Part shown: piece after piece, positions 27,640 through 37,389 of the stretch | Position numbering within the stretch: the first letter of the stretch is position 1 | How the letters are laid out: the number at the start of each line of letters is the position of its first letter | IMG/VR virus record: IMGVR_UViG_2049941000_000201 | Direction: 5' to 3' (one strand) | DNA length: 61,295 nt | Source of the DNA: an uncultured virus (IMG/VR IMGVR_UViG_2049941000_000201) | Taxonomy: Duplodnaviria; Heunggongvirae; Uroviricota; Caudoviricetes | The notes under the pieces: model-generated | Told to the model about the DNA's origin: nothing | Database searches by the model: none | Seen by the model: the letters and a program-made list of their open reading frames with translations, nothing else | Position numbers and translations under genes: made by a program

Positions 27640-28155
27640 TTAAAGTTTTTCGCGCCTTGCCCATTCTGCAATCAAAAGTGCGTCCGCGTCTTTGTGCTTG
27701 CGAATGATTTGTTCGGTTGGTCCGCCGGGGTAAAGGCGGCAACCGATGTCAAGGCTTGCCTTCTTAAGTTCGTCGCCCTTGCAGCCGTGCGGCAAAAGCG
27801 CCTTTTGCCATGCGCGGCTGTCCACGTACATTCGCGGCAACCCCAGCCGTTCAATCACGCAAAGTGTGGCTTCCAGGCTGCGGGCTGCGCTTACGCTTGC
27901 GACGAAGCGCATGGGGTTAATCATGGGACGTTCAATTACTACCAGGCACTCCGCCGGGTTGCCAGTTCCAACCACGTCCGCCAGCAGCGCCTCCAGCCTG
28001 GGGGCGTCTATGCGGGTGATGTTTTTCTTTTCCCTGGTATAACTTTGTTCGCTTTTTACCGGGGTTTCCCAAATGCCGGGGCAAAGGTTTTCACCGACCC
28101 AACCAATAGTTCCGGTCACGCCGTTGTCAATTCCGATGTAAATTTTGTGAGCCAT
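27640..28155 (-). CDS. RuvC-like Holliday junction resolvase
   Basis: IYIGIDNGVTG, VVIERP, WQK and DADALLIAEW motifs. Confidence 0.85.
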   Translation of the reverse strand: MAHKIYIGIDNGVTGTIGWVGENLCPGIWETPVKSEQSYTREKKNITRIDAPRLEALLADVVGTGNPAECLVVIERPMINPMRFVASVSAARSLEATLCVIERLGLPRMYVDSRAWQKALLPHGCKGDELKKASLDIGCRLYPGGPTEQIIRKHKDADALLIAEWARREKL

Positions 28156-28157
28156 TT

Positions 28158-29030
28158 TTACTTCTTGAAAACTAAAATGTTTTGATGCAGTTTGACAAGT
28201 TTTTGGTTGTACATATTCCGCCGGGCACGAATTGCCGCAGTTCCGACCGAGTTCAAAAGAACGGCCTCGTTGTAGTAGTGCATTCCGGTTTCCATGAAGG
28301 CCTTAATTGTGTCCGGCACAAAACCAATATAATTCCCATTCTTGTCGCGTACTTCGCCAACCACAAAGCAGGCAAGCGCACCGGGCTTCAACTTGGCGCA
28401 GGCCTTTTTAATGATACTTCGGTACGCCTGCAAAAATTCCGGGTAAGGCATATTTGAAATGTCGCCTTCCAGTTCGCTATACACTTCTAGGTCTGCATAG
28501 GGCGGGCAACTGAACACAAAATCAAAACCGCCGTCAACCCCATCCAGCACCTTGTCGCTGTCACCACAAATCCACTCGGGCATGGTTCCACGTTTACAAA
28601 TTTCCGCAGCCTGCTCGCGGTTGCTTTCCACCTGCTCCGGGCGAATGTCAATTCCGGTGTACTTAAAACCCAGGTGGCTGGCAACTATGCCTCGCACGCT
28701 GCCACCAGCAAACGGGTCAAGGATTTTGCCGCCTTCCGGGCAGAACCACTTATAAAGAACTTCGCAAAGTGCAGGGTCAAAAATGGAAATTCCTTCGTTG
28801 ATGTCACCGTTTTTAATGCCGTACTTTTCGCCGAAACTGGTGTGCATACACTTGGCGTCGCGCCCAGCTTCGCTCTTTATGCCAAGCGTTTTCCAAAGGT
28901 TTGCGCGGTCGCGCCAGGAGCCGCTTTTTGTGTCAAGCACGCTAAACGGGGGCTCAATGAAATCGTCGCGCAGAATTGCGTCGGCTTCAATGGGGTTTCC
29001 AAAAACATCGTATTCTTCAAATTTTGCCAT
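28158..29030 (-). CDS. Amino (N4/N6)-type DNA methyltransferase
   Basis: ILDPFAGGSVRG SAM-binding motif and FSCPPY. Confidence 0.85.
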   Translation of the reverse strand: MAKFEEYDVFGNPIEADAILRDDFIEPPFSVLDTKSGSWRDRANLWKTLGIKSEAGRDAKCMHTSFGEKYGIKNGDINEGISIFDPALCEVLYKWFCPEGGKILDPFAGGSVRGIVASHLGFKYTGIDIRPEQVESNREQAAEICKRGTMPEWICGDSDKVLDGVDGGFDFVFSCPPYADLEVYSELEGDISNMPYPEFLQAYRSIIKKACAKLKPGALACFVVGEVRDKNGNYIGFVPDTIKAFMETGMHYYNEAVLLNSVGTAAIRARRNMYNQKLVKLHQNILVFKK

Positions 29031-29066
29031 GGGTTGTTCCTTTTTTTGTTTCCATATTATAGCAAA

Positions 29067-30788
29067 CTACAAACGCAAGCCCCTCCTGGCGGCAATGGTT
29101 GCAATTAGGTCAAGGTCGGAAGCCTGCTTGCCATCAAGCACGCTGGCAAGCACCTTTTTCTTTTCGTCCAAGGCTTCCGCCATGTCTTCGTCTATTGTGC
29201 CGCTGGCGATAAGGTAGTAAACGGACACCGGGCGTTCCTGCCCGCCCCGGTGCAGGCGGTCTTCGGCCTGCTCCATGTCGGTGGACGTTTCGGCAAATTC
29301 CGCGAAGGCCACGTTGCAGCAAACATTTTGAAAGCCGTCAATGCCCGTCCCGCCGCTTTGAATGTTGCACACCATAAGGCGGCATTCCGGGTCGCCCATG
29401 AACCGCTCCTTTTCCCTTTCGCGCTGCTGCAAGGCCACTCCGCCGTAAATTTTGGCGGGTTTAAATTCTGCAAGTTCCTCGCAAAGGCGGTCAACGACAT
29501 CGCGGTGCCATGCAAAAAGCAAAAGTTTTTCTTCGCCTTCCATGAAGCAGCGCACCCAGTTCAAAAGCGCCTTTTCCTTCACCATATAGGCGGTGCGGGT
29601 AAGGTTTGCCAGGCGTTCGCGTGCTTCAATGCCCTGCAAGTCCGCAATGGAACTTTCCTCGCTTTCGTATTCCGCAAGGGCGCCCGCGTCGGCTTCAAGC
29701 GGAACAACGTCCAAAATTTTGGGCGGCAAGTCCTTCATCACGTCTTCCTTTGTGCGGCGCAGCATAACTGAAACAAGTTTTGCGTGCAGTTCCCGCACGT
29801 TCCTGGCGCCGTTGAACTGGATGCCCCACTGCGTTGCGGTTGGCCTTGTGTAGCGCCACAAATACGCCTTATAGGTCGGGAACATTTGCGGCTCCACGCA
29901 GGAAACCATTGTCCAAAACTGCGCAGGCCGCGAACGCGCCGGGGTGCCGCTCATAACTATGCACTCGGGTATCACGGCGGCAAGGTGTCGGAACGCCAGC
30001 GCCCTTTTTGTTTCCGGGTTTCCTATGGCCTGGGCTTCGTCGCCAATAATGCACTCAAAGCCGTGTTCCGCAAGCGCGTCCTGCCAGTAGGTAAGAATGT
30101 CCCAGTTTATAATGTAGGAACACCCGCGTTCCAGCCTGCGCGTGCGGGTTCCGTAAAGTATTTGAACGCGGGTGTCGCAGCCCGGCACCTGCGAAAGCCA
30201 GCGCCGATATTCCCTTTGCCATTGAAGTTTCGTGGGCGCGTTCACTACAATCAACGCCGGGAAGGATTTGTTGTACGCAAGCCACGCAAGCGATTGAAGG
30301 GTTTTGCCCGTTCCCATGCCGTCCCCAAGCGCGACGCGCCCGTTGCGCATTGCCGCGAACTTGACAAAGTCCACCTGGTAGGGGCGCAGGCCGGGAACCA
30401 AATCGCGGCTTTCGTCAAGCGCATAGGCCGCAATGGCTTCGCGCTGGGCAACCACCGGGTCAACGTCCGGCACCTCTTCCGGCTTCGCCATATATTCGGC
30501 GTACTTTTTGGGAACCGGAATGGAGCCGAACGCCTGCATGGGGTCGGCCTTCACAAGCGACTTTTTGGTTGCCCGCCAGCCGCTTTGTGCCAGGCTTTCA
30601 ATGTTTTCCTGGGTTGCCGGAATGTACCATTTTTTGGTCTCCGCATCAAACACGCGGCGGGGTATTTGGCGCACCAGGGCAAGCATCCTCGCCCACCCGC
30701 CACGGTCGCGGCAGAACCACGAAAGTTCAATGGTGCCGTCTTCCAGCACCGAGTAGGAACCATAACAATTCGGAAGGCGCAGGTTCAA
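29067..30788 (-). CDS. SNF2/SMARCAL1(HARP)-like helicase
   Basis: DGMGTGKT, DEAQ, MSGTP, LRRTK and QAEDRLHRGGQ motifs. Confidence 0.9.
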   Translation of the reverse strand: MNLRLPNCYGSYSVLEDGTIELSWFCRDRGGWARMLALVRQIPRRVFDAETKKWYIPATQENIESLAQSGWRATKKSLVKADPMQAFGSIPVPKKYAEYMAKPEEVPDVDPVVAQREAIAAYALDESRDLVPGLRPYQVDFVKFAAMRNGRVALGDGMGTGKTLQSLAWLAYNKSFPALIVVNAPTKLQWQREYRRWLSQVPGCDTRVQILYGTRTRRLERGCSYIINWDILTYWQDALAEHGFECIIGDEAQAIGNPETKRALAFRHLAAVIPECIVMSGTPARSRPAQFWTMVSCVEPQMFPTYKAYLWRYTRPTATQWGIQFNGARNVRELHAKLVSVMLRRTKEDVMKDLPPKILDVVPLEADAGALAEYESEESSIADLQGIEARERLANLTRTAYMVKEKALLNWVRCFMEGEEKLLLFAWHRDVVDRLCEELAEFKPAKIYGGVALQQREREKERFMGDPECRLMVCNIQSGGTGIDGFQNVCCNVAFAEFAETSTDMEQAEDRLHRGGQERPVSVYYLIASGTIDEDMAEALDEKKKVLASVLDGKQASDLDLIATIAARRGLRL

Positions 30789-31696
30789 AGCAGCACCCCG
30801 TGAACGTTTTTAAACCAATCCTTCAGGACGCACCACTTGGCCGTCCACGGACCAACAAACGCCGGACCAACGCACCCGGTTTCCTCGTTGCACTGCGCAA
30901 CCCCTTCCAGCATTGCCTGGAAGGATGAAAGGCGGTAGTTGTTCTCGGTGCAGCGTGCCGCCAGCGCGGCGGCGTTTTCCGCGTGCCAGCGCTTAAGGTC
31001 GGAAACGCCCTTGTAAAACTTGAGCATGGTTGCAAAATCCTTCTGCCACCACACCCGTTCAAGTATGCGGTCAAGTATTTTGCAAACGCCCGGACCCAGC
31101 GCGTTGCGGTACATTTTGGGCGTTGCGCAATCGCCGCAGGCAATTTCCAAGAACGGGCTCCACCAGCCGCCGTTCTTCATGGTCACCGCCAGGAAACTTG
31201 CAAGGCTAACCTTTTCCGCCCTGCCGTTGCGTTTCGCCGGGTACCAGTAGCCGTAATTTTGGCGTTCTTCAACGTACCCAAGCACGTCGTCAATTCGGGC
31301 AATAAGTTCTTCGCGTGCTCCGAACCTTACGTCCTGCACCGGGCTGGACGCCGAAACGCGGCTCCACCAGTTTTTATCCCAGGCGTATGCGTAAAGGAAC
31401 TCCCCGGCTTCAAGTTGGGCGAGCCGCAGGAAGGTAGCTTCCATTGTTTTGGTGCCCCGGCGGGTCACGCTTAAAATTTTCTTGTGCCTTTCCATAAGGG
31501 AAAGCACCGGGTCAAGTTCTTCGGCCTGCCCCGGTACGTGGCTCCCGTCAAACAGTTCATCGCAGGCGCATTCCGGCGCCGCTGGCGGGGTTTTGCGTGC
31601 CGACCGTGTAGTTATTACCCCAAACCCGTTTTCGGGCTTGTCGTGCGCGGACGGCGTGAACGTGGTTGTTTCTTCCGGGTTTGCAAATGCTAACAT
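30785..31696 (-). CDS. Hypothetical protein
   Basis: 303 aa; own promoter and GAGGA RBS. Confidence 0.65.
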   Translation of the reverse strand: MLAFANPEETTTFTPSAHDKPENGFGVITTRSARKTPPAAPECACDELFDGSHVPGQAEELDPVLSLMERHKKILSVTRRGTKTMEATFLRLAQLEAGEFLYAYAWDKNWWSRVSASSPVQDVRFGAREELIARIDDVLGYVEERQNYGYWYPAKRNGRAEKVSLASFLAVTMKNGGWWSPFLEIACGDCATPKMYRNALGPGVCKILDRILERVWWQKDFATMLKFYKGVSDLKRWHAENAAALAARCTENNYRLSSFQAMLEGVAQCNEETGCVGPAFVGPWTAKWCVLKDWFKNVHGVLL

Positions 31697-31726
31697 GGTA
31701 ATTTCCTCGGAACATTATAGCAAAAA

Positions 31727-32074
31727 CTACACCCGCAGCGCCTTCCGCTGCCGTTCCACCGGGTCAAAGGCAATGGCCTCAAGTTCGCGCAGGTGCCCGC
31801 TTTCCTTTCCGTATTCGCCCGGCGCGGGTTCCTTGTTTTTTCCCCGGTACGAATAGTCCAGCCATTTCACCAGCACGCGCCACCCGCGCCCCTGCATTTC
31901 CCTAATGACGAGCGAATGGTACCAAACCAGGCAACCCCAGGAAAGGTTATAGTACCAAGTTTTTGCCGTTGGCTTTCCCCACGGGCGGGAACGCACGCGG
32001 CAAAGCGAGGCGTGCAGGGTTGAAAGTTTTTTGTCGGGGAGTTCTTGTAAAAGTGCAGGGTGCCAAAGCCTCAT
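31727..32074 (-). CDS. Pyrimidine-dimer glycosylase/TIGR02328-like protein, in frame with the upstream ORF
   Basis: MRLWH..LL..LP...L..LH...C..R...WGK and REMQGRGW motifs; own AAGGAGG RBS. Confidence 0.7.
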   Translation of the reverse strand: MRLWHPALLQELPDKKLSTLHASLCRVRSRPWGKPTAKTWYYNLSWGCLVWYHSLVIREMQGRGWRVLVKWLDYSYRGKNKEPAPGEYGKESGHLRELEAIAFDPVERQRKALRV

Positions 32075-33250
32075 TTCCGGCCTCCTTTGTTGCATATCAA
32101 ACCGGTCTCGCCATACGTTCCAGCAGGGAAAGGTTGGTTGGTTTGTTGCCCCGCATTGGTTGCCCGGTAATTGTTGCACATCAAAATGCAATTTATAACT
32201 ATGTCTTCTTTTACCATTTGCAGTTTGTTCTGCAACAATTATTTTTTCCGAATTTTGCGTTGTTTCGGCGGGTTTTGCGGGTTTCCGCCCGCGTTTTGGC
32301 TCCGGGCAGGCTTCAAAAAGTTCCTTGTGGCGGCTTTTGAAGCAGGTTTCCGCCCTGGTAAGGGCTTCTCCGCGCAGCAACTTTTCCCGCAGCGCCTGCG
32401 CCCGGTTCATGGTGCTTTCAAACGTCCCGCGTTCCCTGGCTTCCCGGCGTATTTCCGAAAGTTCTTCCTTTTGCCACGGACTAATCACCACCTCGCCCGT
32501 TTCGGCGTCGTAGTACCTGCAAAGGAGTTTCAAAATGGCGCCCGCAGCGCCCTGCTTTAGACGGTCGTTCGCTCCAATCCAGCGCCAAACGAACGCTTCC
32601 TGCTCGCCCCTTGTGGGGAGTTCCGCAATGCCCGCGTCCACAATTTGCTGGGCAATTTCGCGCCGCGCCTTCCGGTCGCTCCACCCCCTGCGCCTGCTGC
32701 GGCAATCGTAGCCCGGCATATTTACAACAATTCGCTCCGCAGCCCCAAGGCCTGCCCGGTTTAGCGGGCGCCAGGTTGCCCCGAGGTGGTTTTTAACAAC
32801 CCCGAAGAAGTCCTGGGCAAGCGTGCCGATTTTCCTTATGGTTTCCCGGTCGTTTAGGTTGGAGTAGTGTTCAAGTTCGTCCTCCACCCGCAGCCGCACG
32901 GCGTCCCGGTTTAGCAGGCGCCCGGTCACAAATTCCGCAAGCAAGCCCTGCCAAACGCAGGAACGCACCAGTTTCATCATCGCCAGGTGGCTGAACCTGC
33001 ACACCTGCAACTTTCCGTCCGTTTTCTTGAACCAGTGCTTGAAGTAGCAGGTATATTCGTCGTGTTCCGTGCGGACCCCTTCGTGCCATAACTGGGTCGT
33101 GCAGGGCGATTTTTCAAGCCCGTTTTCGTCCCAACTTGCAACGACTTCGTCGCACTTTAGCGTCCTTTTAAGTTCTTCAACGCGGAAGCGCAGCCGCTCC
33201 GCCGCTTCCTGCCACAACTGGGCGGAAACGCAAGTAATCAAGGCCTTCAT
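31727..33250 (-). CDS. Large hypothetical protein, candidate replication initiator, read through into the glycosylase domain
   Basis: 507 aa; first gene of the leftward arm; contains an internal AT-rich inverted repeat. Confidence 0.45.
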   Translation of the reverse strand: MKALITCVSAQLWQEAAERLRFRVEELKRTLKCDEVVASWDENGLEKSPCTTQLWHEGVRTEHDEYTCYFKHWFKKTDGKLQVCRFSHLAMMKLVRSCVWQGLLAEFVTGRLLNRDAVRLRVEDELEHYSNLNDRETIRKIGTLAQDFFGVVKNHLGATWRPLNRAGLGAAERIVVNMPGYDCRSRRRGWSDRKARREIAQQIVDAGIAELPTRGEQEAFVWRWIGANDRLKQGAAGAILKLLCRYYDAETGEVVISPWQKEELSEIRREARERGTFESTMNRAQALREKLLRGEALTRAETCFKSRHKELFEACPEPKRGRKPAKPAETTQNSEKIIVAEQTANGKRRHSYKLHFDVQQLPGNQCGATNQPTFPCWNVWRDRFDMQQRRPEMRLWHPALLQELPDKKLSTLHASLCRVRSRPWGKPTAKTWYYNLSWGCLVWYHSLVIREMQGRGWRVLVKWLDYSYRGKNKEPAPGEYGKESGHLRELEAIAFDPVERQRKALRV

Positions 33251-33394
33251 TTTGAAGCCCCTTTGGTGGTTTGGTATTTGGTGGAAATTTTATAAAGCAA
33301 AAGTTCGCCTCCAGTTCGGTGTAGCCAACGGCAGCGCTGCTACACCGAACCGAGGCTAAATGTTATGACAAGGCCGTCGCCCTGCTTGCCCCAT

Positions 33395-33438
33395 ATTATA
33401 GCAAAGGAAAAATTCTTTGTAAAGGGTTCTGCTATAAT
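33395..33438. promoter_or_regulatory. Divergent extended -10 promoters
   Basis: TGCTATAAT on the minus strand (33395-33403) and plus strand (33430-33438) at the strand switch. Confidence 0.8.
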
Positions 33439-33466
33439 ACGCCAGGCAAATTTAAGGATTTTTGCA

Positions 33467-34669
33467 ATGCTTGAAAAAATTTCAATTAAAAACTTTCAAA
33501 GCCACAAGGCCACGTCCATGGAACTTTCCCCGCTGGTGAACACCTTGCAGGGAAATTCCGACTGCGGCAAAAGCGCGGTAATGCGTGCCGTTTGCTGGCT
33601 TTTGTTTAACCCGGCGGGGGACTACTTTGTAAGCGATTGGGCGAAGAAGGGCAAAACCATTTCCGCCCCCTGCGAAGTTTCCGTTGTGGCGAACGGGCAC
33701 ACAATAACGCGCCGACGCGACAAGGATTTCAACGGGTACACCATGGACGGGCAGGTGTTTGAAGCGACTCGCAATAGCGTTCCGTCGCAAATACTGGAAG
33801 CGCTAGGGCTTGGCGAAGTGAACGTGCAGCGCCAACTGGACGCCCCGTTTTTGCTTTCCATGAGCGCCGGGGACGTTTCCCGGTACATTAACTCCCTTGT
33901 GAACCTTTCCAGGATTGACCGCTGGACCGTTGCGGTGAACGGGCGCGGGCGCAGGTTGCAGCAGGACGCCGATGCAGCGCAGGAACGCGAAGAAAAGGCG
34001 CGTGCCGTGGTGGAATCGTTCGCGTACCTTGAAGGCCTGGAAGCATTAAGCACGCAGGCCACGGAACTGGAAGGCAAACTTGCCGCGCTGGAAGCCGCCG
34101 GGGACGAACTTGAAAATTCCGTTGTTAGGTACGACACCGAGCGCATTGTTTTGGAAGGGTTGCCGGATGTTGATAAGGTGTTTAATTTGTTGAATGGCGC
34201 GAGCGATTTGGCCTGCGGGGTTGAACGCCTGGGAACCATGGCGGCGGAACTTGCCGGGCAGGTTGAACACCACGGGGAAACGCAGGCCGCGATTGCCGCG
34301 CTCCCGAATATTGAACGGGCGCAGGAAGTGCTTAAGGAAGCCCAGGAAATTGCAGCCAGGCGCGAGCAGGTGGAAGGCAAGTTGGTCGCGCTTTCGGCGG
34401 ACATAAACCGCAGGCTTTCGGTCAAGGTGCCGGAAGTGCCGGAAAGTTTGTTTGATGGCCTTGCCGAACTTGGGCGATGGAAGGGCGTGCTGCAAAACAT
34501 GGACGCCCGCGTGCAGGCCTTGCAGAATGAACTTGCAAACCATGAAAAGGCAACGGCCTGGGCTTCGGAAGCCGGGGCGGAACTTGAACCCGTACTGCGC
34601 CAACTGGACGGCATGGTTTGCCCCATGTGCGGGCGCAGCGGCGTGCATACGCACCAGGAGGAAAAATGA
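33467..34669 (+). CDS. SbcC/Rad50 N-terminal half
   Basis: IKNFQSH, GNSDCGKS, coiled coil, ending in CPMC Zn hook. Confidence 0.85.
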   Translation: MLEKISIKNFQSHKATSMELSPLVNTLQGNSDCGKSAVMRAVCWLLFNPAGDYFVSDWAKKGKTISAPCEVSVVANGHTITRRRDKDFNGYTMDGQVFEATRNSVPSQILEALGLGEVNVQRQLDAPFLLSMSAGDVSRYINSLVNLSRIDRWTVAVNGRGRRLQQDADAAQEREEKARAVVESFAYLEGLEALSTQATELEGKLAALEAAGDELENSVVRYDTERIVLEGLPDVDKVFNLLNGASDLACGVERLGTMAAELAGQVEHHGETQAAIAALPNIERAQEVLKEAQEIAARREQVEGKLVALSADINRRLSVKVPEVPESLFDGLAELGRWKGVLQNMDARVQALQNELANHEKATAWASEAGAELEPVLRQLDGMVCPMCGRSGVHTHQEEK

Positions 34670-35592
34670 AAATCTTAATTACCGCAGACTGGCACGTTAG
34701 GGGCGAGCGCCCTTTGTGCCGCCTTGACGAAGACTGGATTGAAAGCCAGCGCAAAACAATTTCCGAAATTCGCTCCGTGTTTGAAAATAACGGCTGCGAC
34801 CAAATTTGGATTTTGGGTGACGTTTTTGACGCGCCGCGCTGCGCAACCGCCGCCGTGAATATGCTAATTGGGGAACTTAAAAAATTCCCGTTTGACAGCG
34901 TGAAAATTTTGTGCGGCAACCACGACCTAAAGGACCACAACTATGGCAACCTGGAAGAGTGCAGTATTGGCACCCTAAAGAAAATTTTTGGCGACGTGCC
35001 GGATGTTATTGCAAACGATGGAATTGGTTCCATGTCCGTTTCCGCAAAGCCCTTCGCGCTTGATGACCTGCAAAGTACCGCTGATGTAATTTGTACGCAC
35101 CAACTAACCTTCCCGAACGCGGAAGCCAGGCCGATGCCGGATTGCGGAGTGCTTGCGCAGGACCTGCTTGACCGGTGGCGTGAAGCGGAAGTTATTTTTA
35201 CCGGGGACTATCATCACGGATATGTTTTTAAGGAAGACTGGGACACGCTGCCGGGGCGCTACGTTGTGACGCCGGGCTGCATTAACATTCAAAAGGCGGA
35301 CGAATTGGATTACCAGCCTTTTGTGGTGGTTTGGGACACGAAAAGCGCTTCCGGGGATTATGCCTTTGAAAAGTTCTACCTTGACCCCCAGCGCGAAAAC
35401 TGCACCCGCGACCACATTGAAGCACGCGAACAAAACGAGGAGCAACTTGCGCAGGTGGTGGAAACCATTAAGGGCGGCGCGGAAATAACGCTGGACTTTG
35501 ACAGCAACCTTGCGGCGGCGGTTGCCAAGTGCGATGCGAATGTGGTGGAAGAATATGGGCTTGTGCGGCAGGAAGTGAACGCGGAAAAATAA
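34666..35592 (+). CDS. SbcD/Mre11 nuclease
   Basis: TADWH, LGDVFD, GNHD and GDYH motifs. Confidence 0.9.
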   Translation: MKILITADWHVRGERPLCRLDEDWIESQRKTISEIRSVFENNGCDQIWILGDVFDAPRCATAAVNMLIGELKKFPFDSVKILCGNHDLKDHNYGNLEECSIGTLKKIFGDVPDVIANDGIGSMSVSAKPFALDDLQSTADVICTHQLTFPNAEARPMPDCGVLAQDLLDRWREAEVIFTGDYHHGYVFKEDWDTLPGRYVVTPGCINIQKADELDYQPFVVVWDTKSASGDYAFEKFYLDPQRENCTRDHIEAREQNEEQLAQVVETIKGGAEITLDFDSNLAAAVAKCDANVVEEYGLVRQEVNAEK

Positions 35593-35640
35593 ACGTGCCT
35601 GCTATAATATGCCATGAACAATTAACAAGGAAAAAACAAA

Positions 35641-36279
35641 ATGCGATATTTAGTTGTGGACATTAGCACCACCGCCCAGCCGGGCGTAGAAAATTCAACT
35701 TATCTTTCATGGGTGAACAAGCGCGGGAACTTTACGCCGGAGGAGGCGTATTCAAAGGCCGGGCTGCATCCGGAATATGGCATGATTTGCGGGCTTGCCG
35801 CCTGGTGGGTTTCGTTTGATGCCGGGTTTGAAAACTACACGCTTCACAAGGCGTATTCCGCAACCGCCAGCACGCCGGAAGAAGAGGAGCAGTTGCTGCT
35901 TGGCCTGGAAGAAAACCTGGGCGAGGATGTTGTGCTGGTTGGGCACAACGCGCAGGACTTTATCATTCCGTTCATTGCGAAGCGCTACCTGGGGAACGGC
36001 CTGCGCCTGCCCGCCTGCATTTGGGAAGCAATTAACGACAAAACCTTTTATGACACCATGCGCGAACTTGCCTGCGGTGGCGCAAGCGTGATGAGCCTGC
36101 GTGCAAGCGCGTGGATGTTTGGCATTGACGACCCGCGTTCCGGCGTTGCGAGCCCGCGCTTTTACCAACTTTGCCAGGCGCACCGCATGGGCGAAATTGA
36201 AGAACTTACCAACCAAAACGCAAAGGTCGCGGCAAAGGTTTTCGCGAACTGCGTTTTGGGCAACCTAATTCAACTTTAA
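35641..36279 (+). CDS. 3'-5' exonuclease-fold protein, apparently degenerate
   Basis: VVDISTT, GLHPEYG.I, LVGHN..F.IPFI and YDTM motifs. Confidence 0.6.
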   Translation: MRYLVVDISTTAQPGVENSTYLSWVNKRGNFTPEEAYSKAGLHPEYGMICGLAAWWVSFDAGFENYTLHKAYSATASTPEEEEQLLLGLEENLGEDVVLVGHNAQDFIIPFIAKRYLGNGLRLPACIWEAINDKTFYDTMRELACGGASVMSLRASAWMFGIDDPRSGVASPRFYQLCQAHRMGEIEELTNQNAKVAAKVFANCVLGNLIQL

Positions 36280-36296
36280 AACAAGGAAAAAGAAAC

Positions 36297-36536
36297 ATGG
36301 CTGCAACGTTTGAAGAACTTAAAAGCAAGGCGGACGCGCTTAAAAGCAAGCGCGACCAATCCCTGGGCGTGATTAAAAGCATTGAAGACGGCTGGGAGCA
36401 GAAGTACGGCACCCGCAACGCCGACGAACTTCGGGAACGCTTGAAGGGCATGGAAAAGGAACGCAACGAACTCAAGGCGGATTTTGACGCCAAGTTGCAG
36501 GAAGCCGAGAAAATTTTGGAAGGTGCAAGCGTATGA
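36297..36536 (+). CDS. Small coiled-coil protein
   Basis: 79 aa heptad pattern; coupled to the SbcC C-terminal half. Confidence 0.65.
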   Translation: MAATFEELKSKADALKSKRDQSLGVIKSIEDGWEQKYGTRNADELRERLKGMEKERNELKADFDAKLQEAEKILEGASV

Positions 36537-37135
36537 ACGCCGCGCAACTTGCGAGCAGGGTTTCCGAACTAAAGGGCAGGAAGTGGGCTGCGGAAAAGGA
36601 ACTGGCGGAGGCTTCTGTCGCCCTGGGTTCCGCCCGTTCCCACCTTGCCGCCACAAACTCGCTCAAGGCGGTTGTGCAGCAGGTTGCAAAGGAAACCCAG
36701 GACAAACTCCGCCTTCGCTTTGAAGCCATTGTGCAGGCCTGCCTGGACGCGGTGTTCCCCGGCGCCTACAAGTTCATGATGGAATTTATTTCCAGGCGTG
36801 GACAGGTGGAAGTGGACATGTGGCTGGACAAGGAAGGGACGCGCATGGACCCGCTTGATAGCAACGGCGGCGGAGTTGTGGATGTGATGAGCATTGCGCT
36901 GCGCCTTTGCTGCCTTACGCTTTCGTCCAACGCCCGCGTTCTTTTGCTGGACGAACCTTTTGGGCACCTGCGCGGGGAAGCACGCGAACGCCTTGGGGCG
37001 TTGCTTGCTATAATTTCCGAGCGGCTTAACGTGCAGATTTTAATGGTTGGCGATGTTGCCGGGAACGTTGTAAGTGGAAAGGAATTTCGCATTTCAAAGG
37101 TTGCCGGAATTAGCGTTGTAAAGGAAAGCGCATGA
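36533..37135 (+). CDS. SbcC/Rad50 C-terminal half
   Basis: DSNGGG signature and LLLDEPF Walker B. Confidence 0.85.
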   Translation: MNAAQLASRVSELKGRKWAAEKELAEASVALGSARSHLAATNSLKAVVQQVAKETQDKLRLRFEAIVQACLDAVFPGAYKFMMEFISRRGQVEVDMWLDKEGTRMDPLDSNGGGVVDVMSIALRLCCLTLSSNARVLLLDEPFGHLRGEARERLGALLAIISERLNVQILMVGDVAGNVVSGKEFRISKVAGISVVKESA

Positions 37136-37389
37136 CACGAAAGGAAGTTGAAATTTACGCGGTTGAACACGGGCTGGAATTGCCCGTTTTAACCGACGGC
37201 GATGATGCCATTGTTGGGGTGGTTTGCGAAGGCGGCGTGCCCCGCGTGGTGTATTCAAAGGGTCGTTTTATTGCTGCGCTTCAAGTTGGCGGCATGACGG
37301 AAGAAGAAGCGTTGGAATGGTTTGATTATAATACCGCCCACTCCCTGCCGTACATGGGCGAAAACCATCCGGTCTTTGTGGAGCCGTAA
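37132..37389 (+). CDS. Conserved phage hypothetical protein
   Basis: DDAIVG..RVVYS..MTEEEALEWFDYN..PYMGE.HPVF. Confidence 0.65.
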   Translation: MTRKEVEIYAVEHGLELPVLTDGDDAIVGVVCEGGVPRVVYSKGRFIAALQVGGMTEEEALEWFDYNTAHSLPYMGENHPVFVEP

